Positions 1 through 9,400 of a stretch of DNA of 64,000 bases are shown here, one piece after another. Positions within the stretch are counted from its first letter, which is position 1. Each line of letters opens with the position of its first letter. The notes beneath the pieces were generated by a model. The model searched no databases, was not told the origin of the DNA, and saw only the letters and a program-made list of their open reading frames with translations. Origin of the DNA: a virus. A program made the position numbers and the translations under genes. Where the stretch lies: positions 107,495 to 171,494 of the IMG/VR virus record IMGVR_UViG_3300032770_000003; one strand, given 5' to 3'.

Positions 1-376
1 CGCCGTGGAAATCTTTTTCACCAACCGTACAAACCCTGTGAAGGGAACGCGTCCGGGAGGAAATGCGCGCAAGTTCAAATACCTGCTCGAAAGTGGGTGG
101 CACATTCTGTGCATCATGGGTTCCAATCGTCGACGCAATCGACGACCCGGCAGTTTTCGTCCAGCCGACCAGATCACGGTTGAAACGGCCGATGCGGTAG
201 CGGCCTTTATCAAGCTGACCAAGCGGTACCCAACCATGATCCGTGAATATCGGGTGATTCGGTGTTCCGGTGAGCTTCTCACCAGTAGCCAGTACGATCT
301 CAACCATCTGGCCGGTGTACCAACGTCGGCTGACCTTTTTTGACGCACCACAGACGCGAACGTCGCCAGGGAAACA
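1..376 (-). mobile_element. Intein (N-terminal part) in prohead protease
   Basis: Starts CFPGDVRV (block A), has RRWYTGQMV and LTGTPNHPIF (block B TxxH). Homologous to the UDG intein at 28309-29121. Confidence 0.85.
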
Positions 377-835
377 GGCAGTAATCGCCACATCCTGCAG
401 CCAGCACTTGGCGATGGTATTCCCCTCTCGCCGAAGCACCTTGCCCTGGATCGAGAAACCAACCTTCCGATTGGACTCGTTGGCTGCGAGCGCGGTGATG
501 TGGTCCCACCAGTACTCAGCGCGCTCCTTGCCCTTATACAAAAACCCCTTCAACCAGAGCCCAGCCGGGGTGATCCGGCATTCCGCGGGTTCGCCGACCT
601 TGTGCTCAGGGCCCTCTTTGTGGTCGTCGTTGATGTAGCCGTACTTGAGGAAGTAGCCGTAGTCGATCCCGTTCTGACGGACCACTTCACCCTGAAGGTC
701 ACGGTCATCTGTGGACGCGACCCCTTGGATCCAGCGCTTGCCGTCCTTACTCTCAGCCTTGGAGATCTTCTCCACCGGCATGAAGAAGTGGAAGGTAGAA
801 CCGGTGCCCAGCAAACGGTCTTCTATACCGTCCAC
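1..835 (-). CDS. Phage prohead protease (HK97/assemblin-like) with intein; runs off window edge
   Basis: Absent from the ORF track because it is truncated. Manual translation from GTG 835: ...WIQGVASTDDRDLQGEVVRQNGIDYGYFLKYGYINDDH...GLWLKGFLY...KVGFSIQG...DVAITA|CFPG. These are large-myovirus prohead protease motifs, and the gene lies in the portal module. Confidence 0.85.
   Translation of the reverse strand, partial: MDGIEDRLLGTGSTFHFFMPVEKISKAESKDGKRWIQGVASTDDRDLQGEVVRQNGIDYGYFLKYGYINDDHKEGPEHKVGEPAECRITPAGLWLKGFLYKGKERAEYWWDHITALAANESNRKVGFSIQGKVLRREGNTIAKCWLQDVAITACFPGDVRVCGASKKVSRRWYTGQMVEIVLATGEKLTGTPNHPIFTDHGWVPLGQLDKGRYRIGRFNRDLVGWTKTAGSSIASTIGTHDAQNVPPTFEQVFELARISSRTRSLHRVCTVGEKDFHG
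2..343 (+). CDS. C-terminal part of Vsr/DUF559-like endonuclease encoded antisense inside the protease intein
   Basis: AVEIF...KYLLESGWHILCI...AVAAF...EYRVIRCSGE aligns with VAVEVH...KKLIELGWSVLYV...EIIAF...KYRVVRGSGE of 28369-29049. Confidence 0.7.
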   Translation, partial: AVEIFFTNRTNPVKGTRPGGNARKFKYLLESGWHILCIMGSNRRRNRRPGSFRPADQITVETADAVAAFIKLTKRYPTMIREYRVIRCSGELLTSSQYDLNHLAGVPTSADLF

Positions 836-1362
836 TAAGCGCATGTCACGTGCCTCCATCTCTTCCCCTGAGTGATCAGAGCAATGGCGGAACGTGTGAC
901 ATTCAGCCTAGTGGCGATCCAACTCTGGGATCGCCCCAACCTTCGCCAGTTCAATACTTGCTGAATATCCGCTTCAGAAAGCTTAGCGCTACCACGCGGA
1001 TGAGCGGCGCCCTTTGGGGCATTGGTACGTCCCCACGCTACGCAATCAGCGCGATTCTGGCGGTGAGTACCCTCGCTCAGATGATCTGGATTCACACAGT
1101 GGCGGACATCGCAAGCGTGTAACGTTTCCATCCCCGGTAAGAGCTGGCGGCCTAGCTTCTGTTCCAAAACCAGCCTGGCAGCGATACGCGGACGACCGTT
1201 GAACCAAAACCACGCACAACCTTTGTTGTTCCTTGCACCTGTCCAGAGATGGCAAGGCCCCAGCCCTGGACGAGCCTCAGGCCCATTCAGGTCAATGAAC
1301 TTCCGGAACCGGAAGGTCTCGCCTTCACCAAGCAGCTGATCGTTGATCTCTGTGAGTCGCAT
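835..1362 (-). CDS. Free-standing HNH homing endonuclease with C-terminal HTH
   Basis: CHLWTG...LHACDVRHCVNPDHLSEGTHRQNRAD (HNH_3-type); AKLSEADI...SQSWIATRLNVTRSAI HTH. Confidence 0.85.
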   Translation of the reverse strand: MRLTEINDQLLGEGETFRFRKFIDLNGPEARPGLGPCHLWTGARNNKGCAWFWFNGRPRIAARLVLEQKLGRQLLPGMETLHACDVRHCVNPDHLSEGTHRQNRADCVAWGRTNAPKGAAHPRGSAKLSEADIQQVLNWRRLGRSQSWIATRLNVTRSAIALITQGKRWRHVTCA

Positions 1363-1454
1363 CAGAGGGAGGGGGCTCGCGGCCTCATCCTCCCTTTGAT
1401 GGAGCGATGCTGCTGAGTGATTAACGTAGGCGGATCTTGGTCAGCGAGTCAACA

Positions 1455-1481
1455 TGAATCCTCTCAGTCCGAGAGGATTCA
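1455..1481. other. Perfect 11-bp intergenic hairpin
   Basis: TGAATCCTCTC-AGTCC-GAGAGGATTCA upstream of the HNH/protease genes. Confidence 0.6.
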
Positions 1482-1669
1482 GACTCACTTGTCCAAGTAC
1501 AGCTGGGGACCCGGATCGGGCGGCGCGGGGAGCTTCACCTCTTCGCCGCAGCTTTTACAGACTGCGTAATACCCGTCAGCGCGCAGCAAAACCACCTTCG
1601 CGCGCACCTTCCCCCAGCCCGCGGTGCCTTTGACGATCACCTCGGAACACTGACACGTGAGGAGAGCGT

Positions 1670-2104
1670 CTACTCCTGCCGCGTCAGCGTCTTGTAGGTT
1701 GAGTCTGACAGCCAGGGCGGTCTTCCTTGTTCAGTGAGCGCTTTGGTGAGTGCTGGACGCATTGCATCGTATTCGGCGTCAGGTAGCACGACGGCGCCGA
1801 CGTAGCCCTTCATGTCGCGGACGTAGGGGCAGGTTTTCGGGAAGGCGCCCTTGCTGATGGCCTCAGCAAGCGGCATGCACCAGCCCTTCGCCACCTCGTG
1901 CCGGCGCTCGTAGACCGAGCAGCAGCTCTTCCCGTTGCTCTTGTCCACCGCCAGGTGCTTGCAGCGCAGATCGGGGATCAGCACCGTTGTGGTCCCGCTC
2001 TTGGCGACGGGGACTGTCGCGTGACAGCACGCACCACAGTCGACACACATCGACTCCAGCTCAGACTTCGACAGCCCCTCCAGATGGATCGGCAACCGCG
2101 TCAC
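1670..2104 (-). CDS. YkgJ/YcgN-like cysteine-cluster (CxxCxxCC) protein
   Basis: CVDCGACC...CKHL...CCSVYERR...C...CPY. Confidence 0.7.
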   Translation of the reverse strand: MTRLPIHLEGLSKSELESMCVDCGACCHATVPVAKSGTTTVLIPDLRCKHLAVDKSNGKSCCSVYERRHEVAKGWCMPLAEAISKGAFPKTCPYVRDMKGYVGAVVLPDAEYDAMRPALTKALTEQGRPPWLSDSTYKTLTRQE

Positions 2105-2352
2105 TTCTTCTGTTCCTCGCCGTCTTTGCTCGACGGCACCAACTGACCGTCCGCCGAATAGATGTAATAGGGCCCGTCGCCCTCTTGCGCGGCCACGAGC
2201 TGCTTGGCCTCTTCGGGGGTGGCGACAGAGCCCACGAGGAAAAGCCCCTGGTCTTCAGGATCGCCAAAGTCGTCAACGCCGACGACGTTGTAACCGACCT
2301 GCGGGCGAAGCGCCTGCTTCTCCGCCAGGGCCTGCATGATGTCAATTGCCAT
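2101..2352 (-). CDS. Hypothetical protein
   Basis: Overlaps the next gene by 4 nt in the minus-strand operon. Confidence 0.55.
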   Translation of the reverse strand: MAIDIMQALAEKQALRPQVGYNVVGVDDFGDPEDQGLFLVGSVATPEEAKQLVAAQEGDGPYYIYSADGQLVPSSKDGEEQKK

Positions 2353-2364
2353 TAACGCACTTAC

Positions 2365-2862
2365 TTACCCATTGGGATGCAGCGGATGAAGCTCGCTCTC
2401 CAATTCGGCCCAGAGAGCCTCATGCTCCCCCGGCGTGTAGAGAATCGCACGGAAGAGCAGGTGATCACTCTGATACTTTTTGTAGTAGGTGGAACCTCGC
2501 CAGGAACGACGGACGTTGGCGAGACGATCAAGCAGCTTCAGAAACACCGCGTCGGTTCCAGCTGCGCGAATCTTTCGCCAGCTCGCCGCCAGCCGTTCGT
2601 CACGCGGGGGCCCCTTGGGCAGCTTGGTCACCGCCTCCACCAGGCTCGTGACCTCGGAACCGAAGCTCTTGCGCACTTCCTCCGCGGTGGTGGGCGTGTC
2701 TTCCAGGACGTCGTGCAGGTAGGCAGCAGTCTGCACCGTCGGAGAGGCGCCGTAGAGAAGCGACAGGGCGTAGACCTCATCCAGGTGAGACAGATAGGAG
2801 ACATGCCCGTACATCTGCTTGCCATGGGCGGCAGCAGCAAATTCACGGGCTTTCGTCATCAT
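2365..2862 (-). CDS. Small alarmone hydrolase (SpoT/Mesh1-like HD domain)
   Basis: AREFAAAAHGKQ...YLSHL...AAYLHDVLEDT...FGSEVTSLVEAVTK...KLLDRLAN. Start moved to ATG 2862, after the 21-nt motif. Confidence 0.85.
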   Translation of the reverse strand: MMTKAREFAAAAHGKQMYGHVSYLSHLDEVYALSLLYGASPTVQTAAYLHDVLEDTPTTAEEVRKSFGSEVTSLVEAVTKLPKGPPRDERLAASWRKIRAAGTDAVFLKLLDRLANVRRSWRGSTYYKKYQSDHLLFRAILYTPGEHEALWAELESELHPLHPNG

Positions 2863-2908
2863 CCTATCCACGGTGAAAGGTCGATCTGCGCAAAAGTCCA
2901 AAAGGTAG

Positions 2909-3784
2909 TCAAAGGCAGTGAAACAGCTGCTGGACGATCGGGGGGCAGATGGGCTTGGCGGCCTGTAGGCCACTGTCCGCGGCGACCGTATAGTCCAACG
3001 CTTGCTGGGCGTACTGATTGATCGGTTCAGCCTGGCGCGACAATGCCTCCTCCTGCTCAGGAGTACGGGGCTTGTAGATATCGTGAATGAAGTTCTGCAT
3101 TTGACTCTGTGCTGTAGTCTGGACCTGAACTTCCTTATCTAATCCATCGCTGTCACGAATCGTAAGATGGTAGGCGCGGTATAGGCCCTTTGGGTTAGAG
3201 ACGTAGTCGTCTTCCCCGACAACTTGAAAGTTCTGCTTGATGCGGTCAACCAAAGCCATCTGTTCCGCTGCATTATTCACCACACAGCGCATGCCTGTGC
3301 AGTCTTGAAGGCGTGACGCATCACTATACTCTTTCGGTTTCCTGACGAGTTTGCCCAACGCACTAGAGATGTCTTTGACTCGTCCGCTAACACGCGCTCC
3401 CTCTCGGGCGGGCACTAGGGCGTGTAGCTTGTTTACCGCTGCCGATAATGATGCTTTGTGTTGAGCTAATAGCTGTTGAGCAAGTTGAACATGCTCTTGA
3501 GTACTCATCGTAGGAGGCAACCGACCGTCAAACTGTTGTGTTAACCGTGCGGTTTCCTTTTCTGGTGGTTCCGTCTCCTTACCTTGACTCCGGCTGCCCT
3601 CTGTTGTTGCAGCTGCTCCTGGCTTTCGGTAGTACGTCTCAGTGAATGATGTTCCGTCGCGGGTTACCTGCTCCTGAACAGCTTCCAACCCTTCGTGACC
3701 TGCCTTGAGCAGATCGAAGAGGGACTCGACACCTGTGTGTCGTCCCCCCTTGATCAGGTCAAACAAGCTCTCTACGCCAGGCAT
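2909..3784 (-). CDS. Small alarmone synthetase (RelA/SpoT SYNTH domain) with virion-type N-terminus
   Basis: SGRVKDISSALGK...LQDCTGMR...DDYVSNPKGLYRAYH...KEVQVQT...HDIYK. Confidence 0.85.
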   Translation of the reverse strand: MPGVESLFDLIKGGRHTGVESLFDLLKAGHEGLEAVQEQVTRDGTSFTETYYRKPGAAATTEGSRSQGKETEPPEKETARLTQQFDGRLPPTMSTQEHVQLAQQLLAQHKASLSAAVNKLHALVPAREGARVSGRVKDISSALGKLVRKPKEYSDASRLQDCTGMRCVVNNAAEQMALVDRIKQNFQVVGEDDYVSNPKGLYRAYHLTIRDSDGLDKEVQVQTTAQSQMQNFIHDIYKPRTPEQEEALSRQAEPINQYAQQALDYTVAADSGLQAAKPICPPIVQQLFHCL

Positions 3785-4716
3785 CCGAATGTCCTCCGGA
3801 CTTCACCAGGGCACTCAGGCTTGGGTACGTCATCACCATTTCCGTCGAGAGCTGCGTAGTACCGAGAGAGGTCGTTGACATACGCGCGAATAGCACTCCC
3901 CGCGTGGGCTAGAGCGCGTTCCTGGCTCTCCGTCCGTGGCTTGTAGACGTCATGGGCCCAGTTGGCCAACTTGAGCTGATTGTGTGTCAGCACCTGAATC
4001 TCTTTTCCGTTGCCGTCCTTGTCGCGTACCACCACGTGATACGCGCGATAGTAGCCGCCTTTGGGACTCGTGAGGTAGTCGTCTTCCGTGATCACATCCC
4101 AGCGCGCCTTCACCCGCTCGACAGTCCGCTGGACCTCGTCCGTCGTGTCGACGACGATCCGAACCCCTGTCAGATCCTGGAGGTCAGCAGCCGATGCGTA
4201 GTGGGGCTTGTCGTGGAGCTTGCGGATCGTGCTCTCCAGGCTCTTGAGACGGCCCTCCACCTTGGAGCCTGGTAGCGCTACCTGGCGAACCTCGGACAGG
4301 AACCGCGCGTAGGTCCGCTTGTGATGCAAGATCTCATCCTGAGCGATCGCGACGTGCTCATCAAAGGAGTGCGGTCCAGGCATCTTCTCGCCGAACTCAT
4401 CGCGCAGAGCTTGGAGCTGCGGTGTCGTCTCGACGGTATCGTGCCCACGGGCCGCCAGCTCCAGACTCAACGCCTTGAGCATTTCCTCCACGTCGGCACT
4501 CGGCTGACCGCCTGGATCGTTCTTCTCTGAGCGCCACTGCATCGTGTGCATGAGGGTCATCAGAGCCCGTTTCTTGGCCAGGGCCGCTGCCTGGTTCTCG
4601 GTATCCAGTCCCTCGAAGACTTTCAGGAGATCGAGGATACGATCAGTAGGGACTCGGGAGTCTGTGATCAGACTGTCCAGTCGATCAGTCATCGCATGAA
4701 TATCTGCTGCATTCAT
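3772..4716 (-). CDS. Second small alarmone synthetase, paralog of 2909-3784
   Basis: EGRLKSLESTIRK...LQDLTGVRIV...DDYLTSPKGGYYRAYH...KEIQVLT...NWAHDVYK. ATGA overlap supports start 4716. Confidence 0.88.
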   Translation of the reverse strand: MNAADIHAMTDRLDSLITDSRVPTDRILDLLKVFEGLDTENQAAALAKKRALMTLMHTMQWRSEKNDPGGQPSADVEEMLKALSLELAARGHDTVETTPQLQALRDEFGEKMPGPHSFDEHVAIAQDEILHHKRTYARFLSEVRQVALPGSKVEGRLKSLESTIRKLHDKPHYASAADLQDLTGVRIVVDTTDEVQRTVERVKARWDVITEDDYLTSPKGGYYRAYHVVVRDKDGNGKEIQVLTHNQLKLANWAHDVYKPRTESQERALAHAGSAIRAYVNDLSRYYAALDGNGDDVPKPECPGEVRRTFGCLA

Positions 4717-6200
4717 CGACGTCCTGCCCAATCCGCCTCGTAGGCCGCCTGTTCCTGGGGTGTGGCGAAGCCAGGTGCCACCTCCGGTTCTGTGACCTTC
4801 GCTCCCCGCTTCTGCTTGATGACCCTGCCCTCTGCATCGAACTTCTGCTTACCGATGAACTTTTGCTTCGTCTTCGGTTGCCAGTCGTCCGACACGAAAC
4901 CTCTGTTTTCTACTATCGTTCGAACGTACTCATCGAAGACGCCGACGTGTGTCCCCACCTGCTCGCGACTGAACGGCACACCCTTCGTCAGGTATTTCTT
5001 GACCGCGTCCTGTACAGCGCTCCTGATGTTTTCAGTCCAGCGCTGCTCACGCTCAACCCGATCAGCCTCACGTCGACGAACCTGCTCAGGAAGGGGGCTG
5101 CCGTCGGACAACCAAGACGTGGTCGTACCGATCTGCTCTGCCCAATGGGCAAACTGGGCACTGAGATCGAACTTGTCGAGCACGCGATTGGCGATGGCAC
5201 CCCAGCGCTGATCATCCGCCGGCAGCTGTGCTTTCTGCTTTATCTCCAGCGCACGCGCAGCGATGTGATCTTGGAACTCTTGATTCGAGATCGTCTTGTC
5301 ATCATCGAGCCCATCTGCGTATGCGATGAGGTTGGCGAATCGTTCCACATACTGTTTGTATGAAACAGGCTGACCGCTCGGAACAGCCCACTCGTAGTTA
5401 CCGAACGGGTCCTCCACCCGCTCGAAGATCGGTTCGGTTGTTCCTGTCACAGGAAGCCCTAGAAGGTTCTCAGACACGTCACGAACACAGTGTTGCGCCA
5501 GTAGCTCTGTCGTGGCCTCCTCTAGCGCAGCATTCGGACGGTAGGCTGCGTTCCTCTCACCCTCCTCACCGATCAGCGTTCCTTCGTATTGGAAGATGTT
5601 GGAGGCATGGTGCATGGACTCGTGAACGACCACTCTGACGCCATCCATAGTCCAGTCCCTGACTTTCTTCTCCGTGACGGCTTTGTAGACGTCTATGGCC
5701 ACACTCGGAGTGATCTGAATCAGACCAATGCTTCGGTTGTACTCCCCAGCTGCCCAGTTCATCTTGGGGTTCACATCGAAGAACTTCAGAGCGTCAGGAT
5801 CATTGGTTGCTTCTGGTCCCTTCAGCTTCCTAGCGATCTCTTTAGCTAGTGTTCGGAACTTGTCCTTGATGACAGGTGTGACCGCTTCTACGGCTTTCTT
5901 GGCATTCGCGCCGAACTCATCATACGAGCCAATGACACCGTAGTTCAGGTCGTCGTATTTGGGCAAGTCAACGGAACTCAGATTCAGGCTCGCTGACCCT
6001 TTGAACGATGGAACCGGAGTTGGCTTCTCTGCCAACACCGTCTTCGGATCTCTGTCAGTCGCAGGCCGATCAGCTGTAGAGCGAACCCAGCGCTTAGACT
6101 GATAGGTAGTCCCGTCCTTACGGTGAACCTCGACGTCACGAAGGACGAGACCTCCCGCCTTCATGAAGTCGAACAAGCCGAGAACCGGCTCGGTAACCAC
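4713..6200 (-). CDS. Zincin metallopeptidase-domain protein, probably virion-packaged
   Basis: VVVHESMHH (HExxH) with downstream ALEEATTE. N-terminal LFDFMKA...VHRKDGTTYQSKRWV motif. Confidence 0.65.
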   Translation of the reverse strand: MVTEPVLGLFDFMKAGGLVLRDVEVHRKDGTTYQSKRWVRSTADRPATDRDPKTVLAEKPTPVPSFKGSASLNLSSVDLPKYDDLNYGVIGSYDEFGANAKKAVEAVTPVIKDKFRTLAKEIARKLKGPEATNDPDALKFFDVNPKMNWAAGEYNRSIGLIQITPSVAIDVYKAVTEKKVRDWTMDGVRVVVHESMHHASNIFQYEGTLIGEEGERNAAYRPNAALEEATTELLAQHCVRDVSENLLGLPVTGTTEPIFERVEDPFGNYEWAVPSGQPVSYKQYVERFANLIAYADGLDDDKTISNQEFQDHIAARALEIKQKAQLPADDQRWGAIANRVLDKFDLSAQFAHWAEQIGTTTSWLSDGSPLPEQVRRREADRVEREQRWTENIRSAVQDAVKKYLTKGVPFSREQVGTHVGVFDEYVRTIVENRGFVSDDWQPKTKQKFIGKQKFDAEGRVIKQKRGAKVTEPEVAPGFATPQEQAAYEADWAGRR

Positions 6201-6221
6201 GCACCCGACTCCCTTGTGATG

Positions 6222-6455
6222 TCAGCGCTTCGGAGTCGTCTTCGGCGCCGGCTTGGATGCGCTCTTGCCGACCTGGTTGAGCTGATCGGGGTCCACCAAG
6301 AGCCCGTGCTTCATCACCCGCGGCTTGAGCTTCTCATCGCCCGGGTGGACGTAGCCATCATCGGTGGAGTTGGACTTGCTCATCTGAGGTGGCTCCTGTG
6401 CGGGTGCCCCTTCTTTCGAAGGTAGCATGGTTTTGTCGTCGAAGTAGAGAGTCAC
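6222..6455 (-). CDS. Small hypothetical protein
   Basis: 4-nt overlap with the upstream gene. Confidence 0.5.
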   Translation of the reverse strand: MTLYFDDKTMLPSKEGAPAQEPPQMSKSNSTDDGYVHPGDEKLKPRVMKHGLLVDPDQLNQVGKSASKPAPKTTPKR

Positions 6456-9400
6456 GTAGCCCTTACCGCCAGTGCCGGCGGAACACCATGGTAGTGCTCA
6501 GGCGAGCTGTGCTCAGCCTGGGTATCGAACTCCGTCTCGGCGGGCGTCTCTGCTGGCGCTGCTGATGCCTCAGGCGCTGACTCGGCCTCACCAGTGTTCA
6601 CCCAGCGTTTGGTTTGGTAGGTGCCGCCGTCTTGCCGATGCGCCGTCACCTCCTGCAGCTGCAGCGCCTTCATCATCGACGGGTCGGTGGGAATCTCGGC
6701 GTAGTCATGCACGGGCACGGAGTGGATCCACTGGCTGAACTCCGTCTCATCCGCCGTCCGATCCGTCAGGTCGATACACACGTACGGCACCGGAATCGTC
6801 GCCTCTGGCAGCGCTGCGGACGCACTCCCGATCAAGCCCTTCGCTTTGGCGTTGGCCTGCAACACCTGCATGACCACAGGGTCAATCAGCACTTCCTGTA
6901 CGAGCTGCAAAATGCGTAGCGGGTCCGGTTCCTGGCTGAAGTCATGGCCCCATTCGAGCGCCACCGTCAGCAGTGCCTGATTCACTGCCTGTTCCCAGGA
7001 CGCGTGGTAGTAGGCCACCAGGCGCTCCACCTCACGCGCGAAGGTGTGGGTCGCGTGGTAGGTCTGCAGTCCGAGCAGCGACACGCCTTGCATGTCGAGG
7101 ACACGAGACAGGTAGTGCGGTCCCATCATCCGCCGCACGTTGGGATCGACCTTGTCGCGACCTTGCGAGGGCACCGAGAAGAGGGGCATTCCCGCGGGCG
7201 TGGTGGTCTTCATCACCACGAACGCAGACAGCATCTTGTTGTCGACGTACACCTTGCGTGACCCCAACGTGACCAGAGATCCGTCGAGGATCACCGAATC
7301 AGACGTGAGCGCCGCCAGCTCGATCGCCCGCATCTTGCCCTGGTCCAACAGAGCCAAGGCAACCGCGGTCATCTGATCTTTCAGCTTGTCCGAGTCGTTG
7401 AAGAGCCCGCTGTAGTACTCCCGCAGACCCGGCAGCCGCGCATCGACGATCGTGTTCTGTTGATTGATGGCCAGCTTGGGGATCGCTCTGATGTCTGAGT
7501 GGACATAGGTGAACCTGAACTCACCCGTGTTCGGATCACGCCAACGACCAACCCACAGGTTTTTGGGGTCGTAGCGGTTGTACTTGGCGTTCCACTCGAT
7601 CTGTTCCGGATCCGCCTCCGGACAGCGGGTGATCTTCCGCCCATCCGGTGTGAAGTATTCAGGGTTCTTGTCGAAGCTGGGCTCAGAGGGATGGAGCTTG
7701 GGGTCACCGTAGAAGTCAGCTCGATCAGGATCGCCTGACGGCGCGTTGGTGTAGCGAAGCAGATTCCCGTTCTGATCACGATAGAAGTAGCGCGGGTCAT
7801 CGTCCCCGCCCTCCTTGTGATCGTAGGAGTGAGTCGGATCGACGTCCTTGTCCCGCGTGAGGATATCGAGGGCTTTGTGCAGGAGCGCCTGCTGCTCCAT
7901 CAGCATGATGACGTAGTTCACGTCGATGGACTTGGTGATGCCCAAGTCGCGGCCCATCCCCGCGTTGTTGAGCACCTCCATCAGCTTCTCGATCTTCTCG
8001 GGCTTCTGACCCTCGGGGGCCGTGCGGATGGCTCGCATGGCGGCCTTCGCCTGAGCGATGATCGGTGCCTTCTCCGGCTTCGTCTGCTCCCACTGCATGA
8101 GCGCTTGAGTCAGGCGAGGCAACACGACCTTGGGGTCGTACATCTGCTTGCGCGCGGCTGTGACCTCAGGATCTGCTAGATGCTCCGACTCTTCCGCTTC
8201 CTCCTCTGTTGCGCTCCGCCGGGCGGCTGCTCCGCCTGCATCGTCTGGTCTGTCTCTCTTGAGCCGCGTCTCTTCATCAGTGGCTGAGCGCTGAGCGTCG
8301 GCAAAGTAGTGGTTGATCTTGCCGTTCTTTCCCGCCAACCAACCAGTGAAGTCCACCTCCCCTTTGGGGTTGTAGAGATCGATCGCGGACTCGATAGCTC
8401 GATACCCGACCGAGTCGGGCAGGAGGTAGACCTGATCCGGCTTCTCCTTGCCCTCCGGGAGATCCTGGCCAATCCACTCGCCCATCACCTCGCGCTTGTT
8501 GCCAGCGAAAAAAGGGCTGTTGGTGTAGCGGTTGGCTGCATCGATCAGCTTGCCCCAGTACTGCTTGGCCGCATGCTGGATGATGTTGTTCTTCTCTTGG
8601 GGACTGACGTCCAGCTCGCGCTTGCGCGTCTGTGGATCGTAGGTCCACTTGATCGACGGGTGCCGCATCACCTCGTCCATCGAGGGAAGGGCGCGCATGT
8701 CGAGCGGTGGCTTCTCCGGCTCCTTCTCCGCGGCCGTCTCTGGCGCTGCTTCCTCGGTCTTGAGTGCGGGATGCTGTTTCGAAAACTTGCCCTTGGTCGG
8801 CGTCCGCCCCAGCGCCTCCTCAATCGCACCGTACTCGTCATCGAGCTGACTGAGTGCCCGCTGCAGCGAACCCGCGTGCCCCTCACGTCCGGGCTTGCGC
8901 AGCTCGATCGGGAACGATGGATGGTAGACCAACTTGTACTGGCGGTCAGGGTCGGTCGACCACTCGATCTTGTTCTCTTCCTTGTTCACCTTCCCGATCA
9001 CGGGAATCACGTTGAACCAAGGCCGCCCCTCCGGATCATTCACAGTCTGCGTGTTCGAGGTCTGCAGAAACCAGTGCTCATAGGAGGCGTAGCTCTTGAA
9101 GACCTTCTCCTGCGCAGACTCACCCTCCTTGCTGAAGAGGGGATCCGGTGCGCGATCTGATCGCTTCAGGCTGAGATAACCATTCCGCTTCACCGTCAAG
9201 GTCAGATCAGCCTTCAGCGCTGAGTGCTTGACGGGAACCTGCTTACCGGGTTCTGACAGAGCTTCCTGCAGCGCTGCCCGGTAGGCTTTCTCTGGCGCGA
9301 CGTCGAGCAACGCCTGCTTGACTTCGAAGCTGTGCGACTTTGGTACGACCTGGAAAGTCTGCCGCTGGTGCTCCTCGCCCGTTCGCGGATTGACATAGGT

